DNA of 64,000 nt from a virus, in the IMG/VR virus record IMGVR_UViG_3300009105_000002, positions 1 to 64,000 of that record; one strand, given 5' to 3'. This document shows positions 58,164 to 64,000 of the stretch, one piece after another (the first letter of the stretch is position 1; every line of letters begins with the position of its first letter). The position numbers and the translations under genes were made by a program. The notes beneath the pieces were generated by a model that saw only the letters and a list, made by a program, of their open reading frames with translations, was not told where the DNA came from and did no database searches.

Positions 58164-59401
58164 TACTTACCTCCCATCCATTTCCCTCGACTCGTTTCCT
58201 GCCACACCGAGTTGTCAGTTTGATAGACAAGGTTCAAAACAAAACCTGAACCCATTACATATGCGCCTCCACCCATCAGAGAAATACCGGTTCCATCTCT
58301 AATCCTCAGTTTAGGGGTATCTGTTGTATGGTGTATAGTTAATAAATCTCCGGTTTTACCTGCGGAAATTTGAGGATTTTTGGAAATTTCAACTATTGTT
58401 TCGTCGCCGCCTCCTGATAGGGCAAAGGGTTGTTCTGACGGGGTTACAGTTTCTATTAAAGTTTTAGTAAAACCCTTACCGACATTAGCATCAGAAGGAG
58501 TAGCTGTATCTAAAAGCGACGTCTTAACAACGGCTTTAAGTATGACCTCTGAAAGAGTAGTCGTATCTGTCATAGGAAGCTTTACTATGGCTTTAGCCCC
58601 AAAGGGTTCGGAGGTAGTAATGGTTTCCGCCACAGACTTTCCTATGGCTTTAGCCCCAAAGGGTTCGGAGGTAGTAATGGTTTCATTGATAGTTTCAGTA
58701 TATTCTGATAAGTTATTATACGCAGCAGTGGGGGGTGTAAAGTTAGAAGTCCATCTTGCTACACCCTTGCTTATACGAAATTCGTCTATCCAACCAACGA
58801 CGCCCTTACTTCCTCCGTTTTCTGCGCCGATGGCTAATATTGCCGCTATATTTCCGAGTTCCTCGTTCTCTGCTAAAGCTGAACCCCAATATATGCTTTT
58901 TGAATCTCCATCTATAAAAGCATACATGTTGTTTTCGCCAGTGCCATATCTAACTACTGCGACATGCTGCCAGTCAGTTGTAAAAACAGCACTGTTAGTA
59001 TTGAACGCAGCAGCAGTAGTTGCACCACTTTCATAGTAATAAAAATATAGTTTCCCGTTATAGCTGAGTATTTGAGCATAGTTGGTGCCATTTTCATATT
59101 GTTCATAAAACATAAATGTTGACGCGACCACAGGGTCAGTATTAAATTTAACCCAAAAATCTATGGTGAAGTTTCCTGTTCCATAATACCAGTCGTCATC
59201 GTCCGCATAAGTTATATAATCGTCTCCGTCTAACAATAAACTCGCAGTTCCAAATTTCTTCTGCGCCGTGTCTAATTGAGCATCGTTTACGCAGGTAGCA
59301 TTACCGTGACTGCCCCCCACAGAAGTATCTGGAACAGTCGTTGACGTATCCGATCCATCACACGCAAGCAATAGTTTTGTATTACTATCGTTACCCGGCA
59401 T
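58163..59401 (-). CDS. LamG domain, Thr-rich repeats and partial beta-sandwich domain
   Basis: TKLLLACDG, KKFGTAS, WQHVAVVR, IDEFRISKGVARWTSNFTPPTAAY. Confidence 0.8.
   Translation of the reverse strand: MPGNDSNTKLLLACDGSDTSTTVPDTSVGGSHGNATCVNDAQLDTAQKKFGTASLLLDGDDYITYADDDDWYYGTGNFTIDFWVKFNTDPVVASTFMFYEQYENGTNYAQILSYNGKLYFYYYESGATTAAAFNTNSAVFTTDWQHVAVVRYGTGENNMYAFIDGDSKSIYWGSALAENEELGNIAAILAIGAENGGSKGVVGWIDEFRISKGVARWTSNFTPPTAAYNNLSEYTETINETITTSEPFGAKAIGKSVAETITTSEPFGAKAIVKLPMTDTTTLSEVILKAVVKTSLLDTATPSDANVGKGFTKTLIETVTPSEQPFALSGGGDETIVEISKNPQISAGKTGDLLTIHHTTDTPKLRIRDGTGISLMGGGAYVMGSGFVLNLVYQTDNSVWQETSRGKWMGGK
58585..58684. repeat. 43-bp exact direct repeat, period 57 bp (in frame)
   Basis: CTATGGCTTTAGCCCCAAAGGGTTCGGAGGTAGTAATGGTTTC at 58585 and 58642; encodes ETITTSEPFGAKAI x2. 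Confidence 0.9.
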
Positions 59402-59409
59402 AAATCTCC

Positions 59410-59886
59410 TTAGGCGATTTTTATATTATGCGTTATTTGCAATGTATCTCCGGAGTTCATTGTTACTGCCCCGAATGTTTGCACGGCTAATATCCAACCT
59501 CCAGCGTCAGTTTGCATAATAGCTTCCTCTTGCACGCTTTGATTATCTGAATTACAGGTAAAAGTCTTTACGTATCTCGTAGTATCTCCGCTTGTGGTTG
59601 TGAGCGTGTTTGAAGTTGTCGCTACTGCCCTCACAAGTCCTGCACCGTCGGCTCCAATATACTCTCCGATTGCAGTCGTGGAAGTAGTAATTGAAGTGAG
59701 GTTTGAGCCCAAGGCCATGTATTGTCCGCCCGAGTTGTCCGTAGTAAGACCAAGCAACATAGCGCAAAGACGCTTGCCGGAACTGGTAATAAGGTTTGTA
59801 ACTTTCCTTGTTGCAAAAACCGATCCGTCCGGGTGCCTTGCTACAATCTCTACTTCCCCCATCATTTTCATCATTTCTCCAAACAT
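59410..59886 (-). CDS. Phage structural protein
   Basis: NLITSSG..YMALGS..MNSGDTLQITH. Confidence 0.6.
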   Translation of the reverse strand: MFGEMMKMMGEVEIVARHPDGSVFATRKVTNLITSSGKRLCAMLLGLTTDNSGGQYMALGSNLTSITTSTTAIGEYIGADGAGLVRAVATTSNTLTTTSGDTTRYVKTFTCNSDNQSVQEEAIMQTDAGGWILAVQTFGAVTMNSGDTLQITHNIKIA

Positions 59887-59896
59887 AACCCCTCCC

Positions 59897-60217
59897 TTAG
59901 TTTGATAGTATCCAACTCACATAAGTCGACGACGCTGTAACCAACATCCACGGAACATTTAGGTTTAAGGCAATTCCGCCTGAATTTGTTATATACTGCA
60001 CCACCCTTGCGCTTTCAGGAGGAACAGTCGTCGTAGTTGAGTTAGCTCTTTTTTGACTTGCGCCTATTTCGCCCTCGCCCCCTAAAGATTTTTTAGAGGG
60101 CTTAGGTGTATCGTAACATTCCTCATCAAGCCATAGACCGTCTTTCTGTTTAAGGACGTTCTTATGAAAAACAAACCCACAGCGATCGCATTCTCGTAAT
60201 TGTAATCTATTACTCAT
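59897..60217 (-). CDS. Zinc-finger-start phage protein, possibly truncated
   Basis: ECDRCGF..GLWLDEECYD. Confidence 0.6.
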   Translation of the reverse strand: MSNRLQLRECDRCGFVFHKNVLKQKDGLWLDEECYDTPKPSKKSLGGEGEIGASQKRANSTTTTVPPESARVVQYITNSGGIALNLNVPWMLVTASSTYVSWILSN

Positions 60218-60263
60218 AATAGTATATAAAAATGCAAGGGGAGGTTTTGGCCCCCCCCTAATG

Positions 60264-61247
60264 TTACGGTGCTATTCTACCAGATCTATTTCCGCAAAGT
60301 TGCCATTGACCGCCAAAGCCATTGACAAACTGCCAATAAGCGCCTGATACACATACCATAGCGCCTGTTGACTCTGCGTCATACATACAAGTTGGCCCGG
60401 CAGAAGTTACAATAATTACTGCCGAATTAGGAGCATAGACAGTAACTACTTGCCCGGGAACTCCGCCTTGTAAGTTTCTTAACTGTGTTGCGGTGCCACC
60501 AGAAGCATTCATGTAAATCATCTTTGTTTCTTTGTTGATCGTCACTACATGATTTGCAGAAGTTGCCCCTTTAGGTGGCAGAGCCACCACATTTGTATCT
60601 GCATTGAAGTTTGAAGCAACCTCAAACCATTGGCCGCCGTTCTTTACCAATTCAAGCGTGCCTGAATTAGCCAATGCAAGGTTGCCCGACCCCATTAGGT
60701 TAATCGCGCCAACGGAATTGACTACTGCTACCGCAGAACCTAACGCCAATACAGTTACATGCTGTCCATCGTAACCATTTGAAAGACTATCAATGTTAAC
60801 AGGCGCACCTGTTGATGTATTTACGGCAATTTGTGTTTTGCCGTTCACATTGATAACATCGGCAGCGATATTACTCCCCGATTGAACCGAGAGAACATAG
60901 CTTGTCTGGTTTTGACTTCTCGATATTTCATACCAAGAAGTGTTGTGTTGTATCAGGGATATTACATTGTTGTTTCCGGAAAAATCACCGGAACCGGCTA
61001 AAACAAGCTCGCCGGAATTTGCTACGCTTGTTGAACCTCCGTCAATCATTATAAGCGTTATGACCTGACCTTCCTCGCCACCATCAAAATCGGTTATAAC
61101 CGTAGCGCCTGTATTGACGGCATAAAAAACTGAACCTAACGTAACATCCGGCGTTGCATCGGATTGAGTTAACAGATTATCCGACCGCGCTTGGAAGTTT
61201 TTGTAAGGCCCGTAAGCATGCGCATATCTGGTTCTATCTGCGCTCAT
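60264..61247 (-). CDS. Structural protein with three tandem beta-sandwich repeats
   Basis: GEEGQVITL..WYE, GYDGQHVTV..WFE, GVPGQVVTV..WQL. Confidence 0.65.
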   Translation of the reverse strand: MSADRTRYAHAYGPYKNFQARSDNLLTQSDATPDVTLGSVFYAVNTGATVITDFDGGEEGQVITLIMIDGGSTSVANSGELVLAGSGDFSGNNNVISLIQHNTSWYEISRSQNQTSYVLSVQSGSNIAADVINVNGKTQIAVNTSTGAPVNIDSLSNGYDGQHVTVLALGSAVAVVNSVGAINLMGSGNLALANSGTLELVKNGGQWFEVASNFNADTNVVALPPKGATSANHVVTINKETKMIYMNASGGTATQLRNLQGGVPGQVVTVYAPNSAVIIVTSAGPTCMYDAESTGAMVCVSGAYWQFVNGFGGQWQLCGNRSGRIAP

Positions 61248-61316
61248 TCAATCCTCCTTGTGAGATCCAAACCGCTTTTACGGAAATATGGACGCTGTTA
61301 AGCATTACCTCGGTAA

Positions 61317-61352
61317 GTGCGAGGCGGGAACAATTAAGCCCCCGCCTCGCAC
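61317..61352 (-). terminator. GC-rich hairpin after MCP
   Basis: GTGCGAGGCGGG/CCCGCCTCGCAC; weak U tract. Confidence 0.5.
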
Positions 61353-61355
61353 AAT

Positions 61356-62276
61356 TTACTGCCCTGTTGAATGATAAAGATTCGATGGCTTGTTAACTTC
61401 CACGCTAAATCTAAATGTTACTTTAAATTTTGCGTCGCCTGTTTCAAAATCTCCATCCTTCGCAAAGGTAATCTTGCGTCTTAGAAACGCGATTGGCCCT
61501 GACTTTCTATTTGGAGGCATAGCAACAAAAGTAAAGGCGTCGGTATCCGTCAGATACGGACTTGCTATCGGCGAAATCCCTATTCCCTTAATAGTATTGA
61601 CCGCGTTATTGCTTGACTCTGGATCATAGCCCGAATTTAACAACTCCTTTGCTTTCCAAAGGTTATTCGGGTGAACCCAAAGCTCTTTAACCTTTATGAT
61701 TTGATACTTTCCAGTATCGTCCTTCGTCGTCGTGAAGTTATCATAAGCGGTTTGAAAACTTGTTACGCCCAAATCCGCGCCCGGCGTTAAGAGATTTGAC
61801 CATGTTCCACCCCTAAGTGCCGTATGTGAATTTGAGAATACTGCTAAACCATCGCCTGCTGTATGGTTCGTGGTTGCCGTGCCATTGTTGATAAGATCGT
61901 GAACAAGAGTTTCCAAAGTCTCTCTTGCTGACGAGCCCAACTCCGCAGTAATATCTCCCATTTCCGTAGGAATATCCGGATATCTCGCGTCATCGATAAG
62001 TTCCTCACTTACCTTTCCGCCCAAACCATAAGTGATGTGGTTCCACCTTTTGGTCGGCCCTTGAACCATATCGTCGTAGACTATTCCCTGCGACTCTGGT
62101 TTTTTAGGTATCTTTCCATATCCCGCGAAATACGCAGCTTCTTCATACGCGTTTTTGGAAGGCAATACTGTTACAAGACGTTTCCAGATCTGTTCACTAT
62201 TCTTCGGCCTATACGCACTAACCGCAATAGCAAACAAACCGGGAACGACTGATTTATTAAACGTAGATCTATTCAT
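61356..62276 (-). CDS. Major capsid protein
   Basis: VVPGL, SKNAYEE, HITYGLGGKVSEELIDD, DGLAVFSNSH, SPYLTDTDA, DGDFETGD. Confidence 0.85.
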   Translation of the reverse strand: MNRSTFNKSVVPGLFAIAVSAYRPKNSEQIWKRLVTVLPSKNAYEEAAYFAGYGKIPKKPESQGIVYDDMVQGPTKRWNHITYGLGGKVSEELIDDARYPDIPTEMGDITAELGSSARETLETLVHDLINNGTATTNHTAGDGLAVFSNSHTALRGGTWSNLLTPGADLGVTSFQTAYDNFTTTKDDTGKYQIIKVKELWVHPNNLWKAKELLNSGYDPESSNNAVNTIKGIGISPIASPYLTDTDAFTFVAMPPNRKSGPIAFLRRKITFAKDGDFETGDAKFKVTFRFSVEVNKPSNLYHSTGQ

Positions 62277-62285
62277 CGTCCCTCC

Positions 62286-62864
62286 CTATATGCCTGCGGC
62301 ATTTAAGCCGGTAGTGATAAGTTTCTGGTGCCTGTTGATCTTAACACGCCACTTACAATAATCGCCGTAATCGTTGTCGCCATCGGCCGCATACATCGGG
62401 CCTAACAACAAAAACTGCCCTGACGAAGTTTGCACTCCGCTACGGTCTAATACTGCATTACTTAATCCGGTTGTCGTATTCCCTGTCGTAGCCAAATAGG
62501 TAAAATCTGCCAAATTGCCTACTTCACTGACAGTCAAAGCTGTTCCTCCCGTATCCTCCTCAATTATAAACTCTTGATTAGGATCGTCCGCGACACCTAC
62601 AAAAACCGGTGGTATCGTAGAACCAATTCCTTTCAGATACGGTGCGTCCTCGTAAGGACAGCTCAAACCGTCTTTTAAAAAGAGTTCCGCAGAACCTAAA
62701 ATAGCATTCGCAGAACCGCATGTAGCCGGTATGACTTTACCAGTATTGTCTAAGGCAACGGGTTGATGTAGATACATTGCTTTCGCTGTGTCCGCGCGAT
62801 AGTAATTTATCTTCACAGCACCGGGGCCCGCAGGGAATAAGCCTTTTGTAAATTGAACGTTCAT
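62286..62864 (-). CDS. Capsid-associated protein upstream of MCP
   Basis: VADDPNQEFII, TGNTTTGLS, VKINRH. Confidence 0.7.
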   Translation of the reverse strand: MNVQFTKGLFPAGPGAVKINYYRADTAKAMYLHQPVALDNTGKVIPATCGSANAILGSAELFLKDGLSCPYEDAPYLKGIGSTIPPVFVGVADDPNQEFIIEEDTGGTALTVSEVGNLADFTYLATTGNTTTGLSNAVLDRSGVQTSSGQFLLLGPMYAADGDNDYGDYCKWRVKINRHQKLITTGLNAAGI

Positions 62865-62866
62865 GC

Positions 62867-63580
62867 TTACTCCTCCTTTGTTTCGTCTTTACCGAAATCT
62901 CTCCCTTCCTGCAAGCCAGGGGTAGTTTCATCGTTCTCCTCGGCCTTGGAAAGTGTCGGCTTATAAAATTTCTTTGGATCTTCTTCGTGCTTACGAATCT
63001 GCACGTTTACCATATCGCTACTTTTCTGTTGAGCCTCTCTTGTTTTTGCTTCGGCTCTCCTTCTGCCCATACACGCCAATATCAAATCGCCTTTCTCTAT
63101 CGCACCCGCAACAGAAAATAGGTAATTCGGCAGTTTTGGAAAAAGTTGCCTATTTACAAAAACCCATCCTTTGTCAATTGCTTCATCAATAGCCCTCTTA
63201 CTGCGGAGGATCCAATGAAAAGCAAATTCTTGAGTATGACGCTCAAGTGGTTTTGGTAATGATAATCTGTGCCGGCCCGGCTCTTTTTCAGGCGCGGCAA
63301 CCTTGGTAACTTCTTCCAAGGTTTGAGGTTGTGTTTTCATACGCTCCGTCAAATACGTATCAACCTCAGTTATCAAAACACTTTTCGTCACATCGGGAGG
63401 CGGAGTAACCCCCTTTGGTTCAACAGGTGGAACTTTTTTTTCTTCCTTTACGGCAGGAGTAGCCTCCGGCTTTTTCTTTTTCTCTGGAAAGCCGAAAACA
63501 GGTTTTTCTTCTTTTTTGTCTTTCTTTACGCCCACGACATCTTCCGGTGTTACTATGTCGGTTTTATTTTGATCGTCCAT
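62867..63580 (-). CDS. Phage head-region protein
   Basis: FHWI..KGWVFV..GDLILA motif, position. Confidence 0.6.
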   Translation of the reverse strand: MDDQNKTDIVTPEDVVGVKKDKKEEKPVFGFPEKKKKPEATPAVKEEKKVPPVEPKGVTPPPDVTKSVLITEVDTYLTERMKTQPQTLEEVTKVAAPEKEPGRHRLSLPKPLERHTQEFAFHWILRSKRAIDEAIDKGWVFVNRQLFPKLPNYLFSVAGAIEKGDLILACMGRRRAEAKTREAQQKSSDMVNVQIRKHEEDPKKFYKPTLSKAEENDETTPGLQEGRDFGKDETKEE

Positions 63581-63996
63581 TATTGAACCTCTACTTTCTT
63601 TTCACCTGAATTTAATCTTTTCAGGGTAGCCGCGTAATTCTTGAGCGGTATATTATTGTGCTTACAGAAAATTATTTGCTCTTGCGTGAGAACTACTTCC
63701 CCTCCACCCGGCTTAGTCTTCGCTCCGGGCTTTAAACTTGTTTGCCTGACGTTCGTGCGCCTACTGACTTCCTTTTCAATTACCTTTTCTGCGTTAACGC
63801 CTTCCTCTTTCACTTTCAACCCTTGTTTGCGGCACTCGTCTTCCATATCCCTCATTAACATCAAAGGCCCCAAATAATTTGTTTTATAATGAGGTTTTTT
63901 ATCTAAAAGCTCGAACCAGATCTTTGCGTAATCAGAAGTTGGGTCATTTAACTCCGGATATTTCTCCAAAACCCCCTGTTTGTTTGTTTCCATCAA
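63580..63996 (-). CDS. Scaffold protein, C-terminal part (continues beyond window)
   Basis: KYPELND; VVLTQEQIIFCKHNNIPLKNYA. Confidence 0.6.
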   Translation of the reverse strand: MMETNKQGVLEKYPELNDPTSDYAKIWFELLDKKPHYKTNYLGPLMLMRDMEDECRKQGLKVKEEGVNAEKVIEKEVSRRTNVRQTSLKPGAKTKPGGGEVVLTQEQIIFCKHNNIPLKNYAATLKRLNSGEKKVEVQ

Positions 63997-64000
63997 GCTA

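Larger units (their letters stand above)
42768..64000 (-). mobile_element. Prophage 2: podovirus-like, partial
   Basis: Scaffold, MCP, adaptor, nozzle, ejection proteins and giant internal protein; no tape measure or tail tube; begins at dif site. Confidence 0.82.

Noticed and set aside
37669-59401. Diversity-generating retroelement suggested by two similar lectin-domain sequences
   Set aside because: No reverse transcriptase ORF; differences are mostly third-position and not adenine-specific; both copies are within full genes
59900-59925. Intron boundary at GTGAGT at the proposed cassette junction
   Set aside because: No group I/II structure or maturase; the insert encodes structural proteins
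1823-63877. Many antisense and nested ORFs in the track (e.g. 1823-2383, 41599-42033, 45014-45517, 58380-59036)
   Set aside because: Shadows of well-supported genes on the other strand, without RBS or motifs

Overview
The window holds two tailed-phage genomes transcribed toward each other, plus the last 0.46 kb of a neighbouring sequence (3' end of a YhcG/DUF1016-like gene and a cluster of hairpins). Prophage 1 (about 461-42767, mostly + strand, 42.3 kb) looks like a complete siphovirus: Cas4-like nuclease/RecT recombination, ParB, replication initiator, DNA methyltransferase, terminase, portal, Mu-like capsid, non-contractile tail and lysis-type genes. I find no integrase in it. It is instead bounded by two direct-repeat 28-bp XerC/XerD dif-like sites (461-488 and 42740-42767). 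Each site is preceded, at identical spacing, by a perfect DnaA box (76 bp before) and a GTAA(G/C)T-N15-A(C/G)TT(G/A)C palindrome (49 bp before). Prophage 2 (42768 to beyond 64000, - strand) is podovirus-like, starts directly at the second dif site and runs off the window. The best candidate for a new system is a tandem array of tailed prophages that integrate at dif using host Xer recombinases and a conserved DnaA-box/palindrome accessory module. Other oddities: a glycosylation/pyruvylation/methylation cassette inside the head-tail operon, three tail-region proteins with signal peptides, an acyl carrier protein with Glu at the phosphopantetheine Ser, a LamG domain and a membrane protein shared by both phages, and a candidate hairpin-stimulated -1 frameshift in prophage 2. 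All family calls come from motif recognition by eye; no searches were run and the host is not identified.
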